Source: a virus
Direction: 5' to 3' (one strand)
DNA length: 45,765 nt
Virus genome (UHGV): UHGV-0204260
This document shows positions 1 through 10,380 of the stretch, piece by piece. The position numbers and the translations under genes were made by a program. Below the pieces are notes generated by a model. It was given only the letters and a program-made list of their open reading frames with translations, did no database searches and was not told the DNA's origin. Each line of letters starts with the position of its first letter. Position 1 is the first letter of the stretch.

Positions 1-126
1 TTGGCGGCAGCGCTGCTTTCAGGTCATCAGGCATCATTACCCACACATGCATCATTGCATCAGGCCATAACTGCAACAGCGAGCAGAACGAAATCCACGC
101 GCCGAGCAACCAGTTACTTAGCTTTT

Positions 127-567
127 TCATTGCCCCATATACATAGCGCGCTCTGCGTTACGCCTCCGCGTCAGGCCATTCATAACTTTGCCAGCGGCGC
201 GATTCCACGCAAGGAACTGACTGGCGGCACAGGTGTAGCATTTCTCGTTATGCTTACGTAGCAGGGTTGATTTGCGGAAGTTGCCAAGTCCAATATTGTA
301 TGCCAGTGACACCATTGCATCGAATTGCGACTGAGTGGTTGGTGCGGTTAACAGTGCCGACACGCCATCCTCAAACTTCTTCACATCACTATCCAGCCAT
401 GCATTGGCCATTTCCTGCGTCACTGCCATTCCTGGCTTAACATCCGCGCCAGTGTGACCATATCCAGCAGTCCACGGAGCGCCACCCGTAGCCGGGTCGG
501 GATAAGCGCGGAGCTCAAGCCCCTCGAATGACTTGATTAGCTCTTTGCCGCGTTGCGATAGTTTCAT
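127..567 (-). CDS. Endolysin, T4-type lysozyme (GH24)
   Basis: 146 aa with motif LELRAYPDPATGG-PWT-GYGHTG typical of GH24 phage lysozymes. AGGAGG RBS lies upstream of the ATG at 567. Confidence 0.9.
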   Translation of the reverse strand: MKLSQRGKELIKSFEGLELRAYPDPATGGAPWTAGYGHTGADVKPGMAVTQEMANAWLDSDVKKFEDGVSALLTAPTTQSQFDAMVSLAYNIGLGNFRKSTLLRKHNEKCYTCAASQFLAWNRAAGKVMNGLTRRRNAERAMYMGQ

Positions 568-611
568 TCTGCCTCCTGTTCAAATAATGATTAATTCTAT
601 CACAATGACTA

Positions 612-650
612 TTGACGTAGATTGAGTGGTGGTGCATAGTATCTACATCA
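612..650. promoter_or_regulatory. Divergent promoter/operator: TTGACGTAGATT (612-623) facing inverted copy ATCTACATCA (641-650), with TAGTAT -10 at 637-642
   Basis: -35-like TTGACG and a -10-like hexamer at sigma70 spacing. The same 10-mer recurs genome-wide. Likely drives both the plus operon 673-1696 and the minus endolysin gene. Confidence 0.5.
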
Positions 651-672
651 AATGATGAGTGAGGAAGAAATC

Positions 673-816
673 ATGGTGATGGTCAAATTCAAAGAAAACG
701 GACGTTGCGGAGTGTTCGGACTTGAGCAAATCAAAATCCGTCCGTGCGGCAAGGTTGTTGCGCCATTTGGTCTGGTGCAGATGCGTGAATGCGAGATTGT
801 TGAATATATTAAGTGA
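673..816 (+). CDS. Hypothetical small protein (47 aa)
   Basis: ATG at 673 with GAGGAAG RBS directly after the promoter. Stop at 814-816, just before the RBS of the next gene. Confidence 0.4.
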   Translation: MVMVKFKENGRCGVFGLEQIKIRPCGKVVAPFGLVQMRECEIVEYIK

Positions 817-824
817 GGTTGATA

Positions 825-1082
825 ATGACGCAGCGCGAAGTGTACCAATTATTTATTGAGTGGTTTGATTCGATTGGATTCGATGACATGGCATATAGCG
901 AAAAGGATAAGTTATGGCATGGCTTTTCTGTTGGATATTGCCACGACAATAACAAGGCTATGTTATCAGCACTCCAGCAACTACTGGAAATCTACGACGA
1001 CCAATCCGGCAAAGTCTGGGCAACATCAAGCAAGCGCCGCGCTCTGGATAATGCGCGCGCGGCGGTTAATAAGGCATTGTGA
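825..1082 (+). CDS. Hypothetical protein (85 aa)
   Basis: ORF-track ORF 813-1082. The likely start is the ATG at 825 (MTQREV...) with a GAGG RBS. Confidence 0.55.
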   Translation: MTQREVYQLFIEWFDSIGFDDMAYSEKDKLWHGFSVGYCHDNNKAMLSALQQLLEIYDDQSGKVWATSSKRRALDNARAAVNKAL

Positions 1083-1090
1083 GAAACAAA

Positions 1091-1696
1091 ATGAAACTTA
1101 TCGACATGTTAGTTCAAGAATTGCCTAAGCGTGGTGGGTGGCCTGAAGGTGTAAATGAAATAGGGCAGGATTATGATGGAGAATTAATGTTTTATGGGCG
1201 CGGTAATCCAAGGACTAGAATTTATCTCCCTTTATCCTCTGACCATAGAAACCTGAACCGTCGCGATGGTGACAAAGTAACAAAGGATAGATACGAATCC
1301 GCGCTCGCCGCATCACAAAAGCCAGCATGGAACGGCGAAGGTATGCCGCCAGTTGGTGCAAAAATAGAATTCTTCATTAATCCAAGGTTAGTATACCGCA
1401 ATGCCTGGATTCCTGATGCTGGCACTGAAATGGAAGTTGTGGCGCACAAAACAACAACGGACGGGAACGATGTTGCTGTTTGCTATTGGGATGATGGTGG
1501 CGCTGGTCGGTCATACTGCTTCGTACCGAAAAGCCTAAAACCGCTACGCACAGAAGCAGAAAGGAAGCGCGATGAGGCAATAAAGGCAATGCAGAGAGAA
1601 GCTGACGAGGGTGACAACTGGATTTATAGCGAATACGAAATCATTTACGACGCCATCGCAGCAGGCAAGATTCCCGGCGTGAAACTGGATGATTAA
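1091..1696 (+). CDS. Hypothetical protein (~201 aa)
   Basis: Long ORF (track 1079-1696). The ATG at 1091 has a purine-rich RBS. No recognisable motif. Confidence 0.6.
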   Translation: MKLIDMLVQELPKRGGWPEGVNEIGQDYDGELMFYGRGNPRTRIYLPLSSDHRNLNRRDGDKVTKDRYESALAASQKPAWNGEGMPPVGAKIEFFINPRLVYRNAWIPDAGTEMEVVAHKTTTDGNDVAVCYWDDGGAGRSYCFVPKSLKPLRTEAERKRDEAIKAMQREADEGDNWIYSEYEIIYDAIAAGKIPGVKLDD

Positions 1697-1779
1697 AACA
1701 ATATTCAGCGTCGTAGAGATATTGTGCTATGCGATAATAATATTTGTTCTATGCATGCTGATAAGATGAAACCAAGCCC

Positions 1780-4135
<2,356 letters not shown>

Positions 4136-4163
4136 TCACATTTCTGTAAGGGTCATTATATCA

Positions 4164-4655
4164 TCAAGCGCCGTGGTTCTCATGGAAGCCGAGTTTCCTT
4201 TCAGCCGATTTCCTCGCCAGTACAGCATCTTCAAATCGCGCATGTCTCCCGAGACTGTGCATCACCCCATCTTTCTTTATGTATGCATACCACTTTTCTG
4301 TCAGATTGCACCACGATACACCAACAACACCTGACGTATTTCTTGATGTTTTACTCCTATTCATGGCGTTTTGCTGGCGAGACACGAGTCTTAAATTTTC
4401 AATGTGGTTATCTGTTCTTATGTGGTTCACATGGTCAATCTCCATTCCATCTGGTATCTCACCATTGTGCATTTCCCATATAATGCTGTGAACAGATTTC
4501 ACCTCTTGATTTACTTTTACATACAAGTAGCCATTTGTCGGGGATAGTCTTCCAGCGATATCGCCTGGCTTATTGTATCTATTCCTGTTAACCTTTAACC
4601 AGAAAATTTTCCCGTCAGAGTAATGAAATATTTCATTCCAGTTCATCTCAGTCAC
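4164..4655 (-). CDS. HNH homing endonuclease (free-standing)
   Basis: 163 aa with an HNH motif (IDHVNHIRTDNHIENLRLV) and an AP2-like C-terminal region. It is a paralogue of 7797-8300. Confidence 0.85.
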   Translation of the reverse strand: MTEMNWNEIFHYSDGKIFWLKVNRNRYNKPGDIAGRLSPTNGYLYVKVNQEVKSVHSIIWEMHNGEIPDGMEIDHVNHIRTDNHIENLRLVSRQQNAMNRSKTSRNTSGVVGVSWCNLTEKWYAYIKKDGVMHSLGRHARFEDAVLARKSAERKLGFHENHGA

Positions 4656-4840
4656 TCCACCTTTTCCAGTTTATCAATGACGACATCACGCCCCTTGCTT
4701 TCGTGGCCTTCCACCATGTCGCAATCGAGAAACATTTCAAATGCTCTTTCCGGGTCAGATGCAGTAACAACAGCGCAGAGTTTCGTGACAATATTACTAC
4801 CATTAAGCACTTCAGCATGAATGAAATAAACGCTCATCAC
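4652..4840 (-). CDS. Hypothetical protein (62 aa)
   Basis: ORF whose stop overlaps the start of the HNH gene. Confidence 0.45.
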   Translation of the reverse strand: MMSVYFIHAEVLNGSNIVTKLCAVVTASDPERAFEMFLDCDMVEGHESKGRDVVIDKLEKVE

Positions 4841-4841
4841 A

Positions 4842-5048
4842 TCACCCTCTCAAAAAATCATTCTTGCAGCAGATACCCTTATACCCGCGCTTCTCTTGCA
4901 GGTTAACGAAAACATCATCCAGAACGCGCAGCAGGAAATCCTCGTCGATATCATAACGACGGCAAATCACATCATCAGGAACACCAGCCCGTGCCAGTGA
5001 ATAAACCTGCTCTTTTTCCTCCTGTGTGAATCCTGCATAGCTGCGCAT
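4842..5048 (-). CDS. Hypothetical protein (68 aa)
   Basis: ATG at 5048 with a GGAGA RBS. A minus-strand promoter lies upstream (TTGACC rc 5108-5103, 17 nt spacer, TAGTAT). Confidence 0.5.
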   Translation of the reverse strand: MRSYAGFTQEEKEQVYSLARAGVPDDVICRRYDIDEDFLLRVLDDVFVNLQEKRGYKGICCKNDFLRG

Positions 5049-5068
5049 AGTAATATCTCCGGTAAGCC

Positions 5069-5171
5069 TGATGTAGATATACTATGCGCTCGGTGTAGAT
5101 TGGTCAAGTGTGGTGATGCAGATTTACAAGCAATAATAAATGTTGACGTAGATTCAATGGTGACGTAGAAT
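5069..5171. promoter_or_regulatory. Tandem array of five TGAYGTAGAT-like motifs (5069, 5093, 5115, 5143, 5161) forming divergent promoters
   Basis: Read directly: TGATGTAGATA, GGTGTAGATTG, GATGCAGATT, TTGACGTAGATT, GTGACGTAGAAT at ~22-30 bp spacing. TTGACG-17 nt-TAGAAT makes a consensus sigma70 promoter for gene 5203. Confidence 0.5.
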
Positions 5172-5202
5172 GATCTCATTGAAACGAGATTGAGGAAAGA
5201 AA

Positions 5203-5415
5203 ATGATTAACTTAGTTGAAGTTGCTGAAAAAATCATAAATGAAAACTCTGAATTTGGTTATGTTGCTGGAAAACTGGAGATTGCTAACGATATCTGGAA
5301 CGGTTACTTAACCCCCTCAGATCGCCTGGAAATCATGAATCAGACAAATACAGATGGCTTGAGCGCCATGGAGAAATTGAGAGCATGTGTAAAAACTCTA
5401 TCGTCGATGTTTTAA
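5203..5415 (+). CDS. Hypothetical protein (70 aa), moron-like
   Basis: Own promoter upstream and own terminator downstream. A plus-strand gene embedded between the minus-strand portal and terminase genes. Confidence 0.6.
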   Translation: MINLVEVAEKIINENSEFGYVAGKLEIANDIWNGYLTPSDRLEIMNQTNTDGLSAMEKLRACVKTLSSMF

Positions 5416-5543
5416 GATTTGAATCAATTTGCGCCCTGTTAAAAGCGGAGTGTATTGACATTCATGATAAAGAAAAAGTTTATCATTCACTTTCAGAAAC
5501 AGTAATGGCAAAGGCAAATATTGAGTGTTATGACAGGATGATG

Positions 5544-5573
5544 AAAGCCCTCAGATGAGGGCTTTATTTTTAT
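5544..5573. terminator. Bidirectional rho-independent terminator (AGCCCTC-agat-GAGGGCT + T-run)
   Basis: Hairpin plus TTTATTTTTAT. It lies between plus gene 5203-5415 and the 3' end of the terminase large subunit gene. Confidence 0.6.
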
Positions 5574-6994
5574 CGCCTGCGCCTGATCAGCATTCCGCTA
5601 CCACGTTGAACGATGTGGTCATTTAGAGCGTAGCGAACCGAATCCCAGTAGTGGTTATATGCATCAACAATATCAGTCAGTACATTCCCTGTCAGTTTAT
5701 CGACCTTGTAGCTGTACATTGCCGCCTCATTCTGCATCTCCTTGCATCGTTCGTGGATGATGATGCTGTCGCACCCGCGCAGCCACGTCACGCCATCTTC
5801 AACGCTTCCGGGCCATTTTGTGCATGGATGAATATCAAAGCCAGAGCGCTTGATGTGGCTAATGGTTTCTGGTCGAGCGCAGTCTGCATACCATCGCGCG
5901 CGCTTAGCCATCGGGAATGATTGCTCCATCGCAGCTGGCGTGTCGGTAATCTCAAGACCAACCTTGCCGTACTCGCGATTAATATAAATGTTGCGTCGCC
6001 CGCCCGGTAATTCTTCGATATAAACCTCAACCATTGCGGTTGGATCGGTGGAGAATCCGAAGTCCATCCCGAAATATGGGCCATGCCATTCAGTTTTGAC
6101 CTCGAAGTTATCAATGCGCCATTTGCCGCCAAATACCTGTTCGTCGCTGCGTTTGTTGAATTTTCCTTCCCATATCCACATATATCGGTCGAAATCGACG
6201 CGCTTCATTTGCTCCATAGCGGATGGCAGGGGAGTGTCCCAGAACCACGGATTGTCTGAATAGTTACATTCGATAATCAGAATTTCATCATTTTCGAATA
6301 TGCCATCAACCATCTGCGAGTGATAGGGAGCAATCCAGTTTTTCCATGTCGGGTCTGTATCCTTATTCGGGTTGAATGAGCACCACAACTCGGAATTGGC
6401 AGCACGAATGGTAGGCACAAGAATATCCCAGCTTGTCTGACTGACGTTCTCTGCCTCCTCAACCCAGCCGACGGTAATACCAGCAAAACCTTTAACTGTA
6501 GTCTGATTGCGATACAACCCCTTAAAGCGAAATTTGGCCTTAGTCTTTTTGTGTGTTATCTCGTTGTTGATAACACGGAACTCAGCTGACTCACCCTTGC
6601 GCGCTATTTCGTCGCACAATTCCTGATAGCTTGAGTCTTCAATGGATTGCTGAATCTCGCGGAAGCAGGCGAAACGGTCAGGTCGAAACCTTGCTCGCTC
6701 AGTGAGTATAGTGATAATCGTTCTTGTCTTCCCTGACCCGCGCCCACCGTAGACAAACTTGAACCGCTTAGGATAAAGCAGGCGCTCCAGCTTTGCTGGA
6801 ATCAGGTGGTCGGCATGAGTAGTCGCGTTAGTCACATCATCAACGCCAGTAGCAGTCATCCTTAACCGCTTAATGACGTTCTTCTGCATATCGCAGATGC
6901 CAAAGATAGCTGACTCTGCAACATCTGTCATTGCATCATCAATCTGCGCTTCCAGCTTTTCTATTGCCAGCGCGGAGAGGCGTTTACGAGCCAT
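5570..6994 (-). CDS. Terminase large subunit
   Basis: 474 aa with Walker A GGRGSGKT near the N-terminus and a nuclease-type C-terminal half. Confidence 0.9.
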   Translation of the reverse strand: MARKRLSALAIEKLEAQIDDAMTDVAESAIFGICDMQKNVIKRLRMTATGVDDVTNATTHADHLIPAKLERLLYPKRFKFVYGGRGSGKTRTIITILTERARFRPDRFACFREIQQSIEDSSYQELCDEIARKGESAEFRVINNEITHKKTKAKFRFKGLYRNQTTVKGFAGITVGWVEEAENVSQTSWDILVPTIRAANSELWCSFNPNKDTDPTWKNWIAPYHSQMVDGIFENDEILIIECNYSDNPWFWDTPLPSAMEQMKRVDFDRYMWIWEGKFNKRSDEQVFGGKWRIDNFEVKTEWHGPYFGMDFGFSTDPTAMVEVYIEELPGGRRNIYINREYGKVGLEITDTPAAMEQSFPMAKRARWYADCARPETISHIKRSGFDIHPCTKWPGSVEDGVTWLRGCDSIIIHERCKEMQNEAAMYSYKVDKLTGNVLTDIVDAYNHYWDSVRYALNDHIVQRGSGMLIRRRR

Positions 6995-7139
6995 ATCGAC
7001 TCCTGAATTGCGAATACATCATGCAGGAGAAACAAAAAATAAACGCCAGCGCCAGTAGTGCGTGGTTATCAGTGAGGCCACCAGCAAAAAGCATTGTCTG
7101 AAATATCATTCCGCACATAAAGAAGATGAAATCACGCAT
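6984..7139 (-). CDS. Small hydrophobic protein (51 aa, two predicted TM helices) nested between terS and terL
   Basis: ATG at 7139 overlaps the terS stop (ATGCGTGA) and its stop overlaps the terL ATG. GGAG lies 8 nt upstream. This is an internal-Met part of track ORF 6984-7262. Confidence 0.3.
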   Translation of the reverse strand: MRDFIFFMCGMIFQTMLFAGGLTDNHALLALAFIFCFSCMMYSQFRSRYGS

Positions 7140-7551
7140 TCTGCTGCTCCAGTAATTTCTCCAGTCGCTCCAGGCGCGCGGCGAGTTCGGTAACTTCGGC
7201 AATGTCCAGCCCCGTCCTGATAACCTCAGCAAACGTCTTGCCAATGTCCACAGGTATAACACCGGCTGCTATGCCACGAATAACGGCGTCAATCTTCTGC
7301 ACTGGAGTTCCGTCATCAGGAAAATCAACTTCAAAGACAGGTGCCACCGGTTTAGGCAGTGGGCTGAATCGAACGATAAGTTCCTTCATCATTGCTGTGT
7401 CACGTTCAATCATCGCCATCTCAACAATGGTGTCATAGAGCTTTTCTTCGCTAAATCCCTTTCTCTCAAGAGCTTCAACGAGCAACTTACGCTTGTCTTT
7501 CCCGCGTTTGTTTTGTGGTTGATTTTCTTTACTGAATAGCTTTTTAGCCAT
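7132..7551 (-). CDS. Putative terminase small subunit
   Basis: 139 aa basic protein (N-terminus MAKKLFSKENQPQNKRGKDKRK) with a coiled-coil C-terminus, directly upstream of terL. Assignment is by position. Confidence 0.55.
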   Translation of the reverse strand: MAKKLFSKENQPQNKRGKDKRKLLVEALERKGFSEEKLYDTIVEMAMIERDTAMMKELIVRFSPLPKPVAPVFEVDFPDDGTPVQKIDAVIRGIAAGVIPVDIGKTFAEVIRTGLDIAEVTELAARLERLEKLLEQQNA

Positions 7552-7626
7552 AGATAAAACCTATCAATATTCCGCTTTTTTTCCGTTATTCGATATTGTA
7601 ACAGATTCTACACCATAGCGTTAATG

Positions 7627-7653
7627 GCAAAAAAGAACCCGCACAAGCGGGTT
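7627..7653 (-). terminator. Rho-independent terminator on minus strand (AACCCGC-acaa-GCGGGTT + T6)
   Basis: The minus strand reads AACCCGCTTGTGCGGGTTCTTTTTTGCC. It separates the upstream small-gene/HNH operon from the terS promoter. Confidence 0.55.
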
Positions 7654-7796
7654 AAATGTTGGGTGATGATATGAGTTAAGCAATGGTGGTTTACCTGCTT
7701 ATTGTACACCATCATTATCACGCTTGCCAGTATAGCACCATGCGTTTTCTGTTCTCGTCTGCACATGAACGATTTCAAGCGCATCAGGGAATTAAT

Positions 7797-8300
7797 TCAA
7801 CAATTCACTCCGTGATTTTTGTGGAACCCATACCTTTCATTAGCAGAAATCCTTGCGGCAACAGCTGATTCAAAATCACTAAAATACCCAATGTGTATAC
7901 TTTTTCTGTCAACCATTATTTGCACCCTCCACTTTCCCCGGCTTTTGTACCATGAGACGCCAGTAACACCACTAGTGTTATTTGTTTTCTTGGTCAAATT
8001 TCTACCGTTTGATATTTTAGTAACCATCCTTAAGTTTTGAATTCTGTTGTCACTCCTGTCGTGGTTGATGTGGTCTATCTGCATACCATCAGGTATCTCG
8101 CCGTTAAACATTTCCCATACAATCCTATGAATCAAATGTATCTTGTTCATGAATCTTACTTGCAAGTAACCATCGTTTCTCATTGTTCCCGCTGGAGATG
8201 ATTTTTTCATGTTCTTGCAAGGCTTAATCTTCCACGACAGCACACCATCGCTATAATCAAAGACGTCATCCCACTTGAACTCTCTGCTTTCTGTCAGCAT
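7797..8300 (-). CDS. HNH homing endonuclease (free-standing)
   Basis: 167 aa with HNH motif IDHINHDRSDNRIQNLRMV, a paralogue of 4164-4655. Confidence 0.85.
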   Translation of the reverse strand: MLTESREFKWDDVFDYSDGVLSWKIKPCKNMKKSSPAGTMRNDGYLQVRFMNKIHLIHRIVWEMFNGEIPDGMQIDHINHDRSDNRIQNLRMVTKISNGRNLTKKTNNTSGVTGVSWYKSRGKWRVQIMVDRKSIHIGYFSDFESAVAARISANERYGFHKNHGVNC

Positions 8301-8400
8301 TTCTCCTCCTCGTGGCTTTTAACTTGCAATAAGGAGAGCAATACTTCTTATCCTTACGGCACCCAGGAAGAAGTTCCCTACCACATGTTTTACAAATCAT
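8266..8400 (-). CDS. Small zinc-ribbon-like protein (44 aa)
   Basis: CxxC...CxxxC (MICKTCG...CSPYCK). GAGGTG RBS. It overlaps the start of the HNH gene in another frame. Not in the ORF track (<60 aa). Confidence 0.3.
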   Translation of the reverse strand: MICKTCGRELLPGCRKDKKYCSPYCKLKATRRRNADRKQRVQVG

Positions 8401-8590
8401 TTTTGCACCTCGTGAAAATGATGATACCCTTTAGTTGGTATCATGTAAAGAGTTTATTTTGCTTTGCACCATACGTCGCAGCGTGGTGATTTAATGTGAA
8501 CAACATCTATTGCGCCGGGGAAGTTCTTCGAAATCATCGATATGAACCTGTCCACCCCTTCTTTTTTTGCTTCCTCCCAAACCTTCGCTT

Positions 8591-8770
8591 TAGTCGTTTG
8601 CATTAGCATAATCCCTAGTTGAACACATGCACTTAATGTCATGCACACCACTGTCAGGCACAACCTCAATGTAATTACCTATCTGTACCATCATGTAGTG
8701 ACACGTCTTCATGCTATCCCAGTAGCGTTCCCACATGTTTTGCATTGCGTCACTAATATCGTTAAACATA
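8591..8770 (-). CDS. Hypothetical protein (59 aa); an alternative to overlapping track ORF 8454-8669
   Basis: Starts ATGTTTAAC behind GGAGTGG, the same start context as gene 8762-9082. It overlaps the 8454-8669 ORF in another frame. Confidence 0.35.
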
Positions 8771-9082
8771 ATGCTGCCACTCCATTTTAACCCATGCTAC
8801 GCGATTCTTGTTGGTGTGAATTGTTCCATTGATAGATTCCTCATCATATGGATTATCCTTATTGTTGAACGGATAGTTCCGGTCAAGGCCAGCTTTAACA
8901 AACTGCACTCGCATCACCATCAGGAGCGCCGACCTCTCACTTACTTGGTATCCATTCATTGCTGCGTATAGGAAAACAGAACCACAAAGCCCGCCTCGAC
9001 GACTAAATGGCTCACCTTCTGGTGCGCCAGCATCAATCCAGTCGGAATATGCTTCATAAAACTCAGCTAATTGATTAAACAT
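8762..9082 (-). CDS. Hypothetical protein (106 aa)
   Basis: ORF with a GGAGTGG RBS and ATGTTTAA start. Confidence 0.55.
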   Translation of the reverse strand: MFNQLAEFYEAYSDWIDAGAPEGEPFSRRGGLCGSVFLYAAMNGYQVSERSALLMVMRVQFVKAGLDRNYPFNNKDNPYDEESINGTIHTNKNRVAWVKMEWQHYV

Positions 9083-9245
9083 AATGCACCACTCCTTCTA
9101 TAGCTGCTACCAGTGCCAGCACATAAACAGCAAGGAATATTTTAGCGCCAGTGGTGTATCGGCGTCTTTTGTGGTTATTCATTGACATGTCTCCACTAAA
9201 GCGTGCGCCACATAGAGCGCACTGATAATTAATATGAACGGGTAG

Positions 9246-9527
9246 CTATTCACTTTTAGCCAGGCTTTCGAATTGCTGGTTGGCGGTGTCGTACTCATCA
9301 GGAATTAGTGCCTGCTTATCTCGCAAAGCTTCTTCAAGCTCTGCAATTCGACACCCATCATCAAGGGCTTGGTCCTGCATGTTTTTGATTTCTTCAAGTA
9401 GCTCATCGCATTTAGCTTGAAGAACTGCGTAATCAGCATACTTAACATATGAGCCAGAGATGTCATCACCCTCTGTATTAAGCCACGCGTCGTTGCAGTT
9501 TACTGCGTATGTTTTAACTTCACTCAT
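9246..9527 (-). CDS. Hypothetical acidic coiled-coil protein (93 aa)
   Basis: ORF in the tightly packed minus-strand small-gene operon. Confidence 0.55.
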   Translation of the reverse strand: MSEVKTYAVNCNDAWLNTEGDDISGSYVKYADYAVLQAKCDELLEEIKNMQDQALDDGCRIAELEEALRDKQALIPDEYDTANQQFESLAKSE

Positions 9528-9757
9528 ACCATAACCCCCATAATTTCTTCGTAATAACCATCTTCTTCAAACTCAATCTTTGCGATTTTGAGCGCATCCT
9601 CATCGGTGATGTCAATCGCTTTGAATTTGCACTTTGCCAGCACAATGCAACCGAAAATGATTAGCCACTTATTCCACCAGCACACTCGCTTGATTGTCCT
9701 GCTTGCATACATTTTATTCTGCACAAACCAGAACTCGTATGTTTTTACTTTTGCCAT
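9524..9757 (-). CDS. Hypothetical protein with one TM segment (77 aa)
   Basis: ORF with hydrophobic stretch WNKWLIIFGCIVLA. Overlaps the next gene by ATGA. Confidence 0.5.
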   Translation of the reverse strand: MAKVKTYEFWFVQNKMYASRTIKRVCWWNKWLIIFGCIVLAKCKFKAIDITDEDALKIAKIEFEEDGYYEEIMGVMV

Positions 9758-9793
9758 ATCATCACCATTAAAAATAAGAGCGCTGAATCGAGG

Positions 9794-9976
9794 TCAGAAT
9801 ACGATAATCAGCTCATCCATTACTCTTCGCTTACCTTCACCATTAAACACGCGCACAACGCGATTTACGCGGATAGATTCCATTGCATTGCGTGCCTGCT
9901 TGCTCATGAAGTTTTGCGCGCCGACGTGACCGAGTTCCTGCTCCAGTTTCTCGCGACGATAGATAGTCTTTGCCAT
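9794..9976 (-). CDS. Hypothetical protein (60 aa)
   Basis: ORF. Three further tiny ORFs (27-48 aa) lie between 9976 and 10303. Confidence 0.45.
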   Translation of the reverse strand: MAKTIYRREKLEQELGHVGAQNFMSKQARNAMESIRVNRVVRVFNGEGKRRVMDELIIVF

Positions 9977-10333
9977 TTATTGCACCTCGTAAGAGTTAGT
10001 GATTGCCTTAATGCGGCGACGATACCATTGCATGATGTGCTCGTTATGCCAGTTGCTCATTCCGCTACTCCCTATACCCCGATTTAGAAACTGCCACTGC
10101 GATGATGATGAACGCCGAGGCAACCAGACTGGCGATAAGTTCGAATGATGCGCCTGTCATTTGCTTAACCCATACGCTGAGATTAAAGCCTGCATTGCTG
10201 CGTTCCAGAATGCTTCGGCAGGAATTCTGTTGTTTGTGCGTTCAACTGCAATGCGCGCCATAGCCTGAGCATCTTCAAATTCTTCACGGTCTTTGATTTT
10301 CATCTCTTCACTCTCGCTTGTTCCGATGAGTTC

Positions 10334-10362
10334 AATCTACATCAATGATGATTCTACGTCAA
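10334..10362 (-). promoter_or_regulatory. Minus-strand promoter: TTGACG (rc 10362-10357), 17 nt spacer, TAGATT (rc 10339-10334)
   Basis: Two motif copies (ATCTACATCA at 10335-10344, TCTACGTCAA at 10353-10362) give a consensus -35/-10 pair. The first gene ATG is at 10303. Confidence 0.5.
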
Positions 10363-10380
10363 CATGCAGAGAAAGAAAAA

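Noticed and set aside
1-261. Plus-strand 86-aa ORF at the window start
   Set aside because: Amino-acid composition is not protein-like, it has no RBS, and it runs antisense to the endolysin 3' end and downstream region. Most likely a chance ORF.
648-848. Minus-strand 66-aa ORF in the divergent promoter region
   Set aside because: It overlaps the promoter motifs and the plus-strand small gene, has no RBS and a low-complexity sequence.
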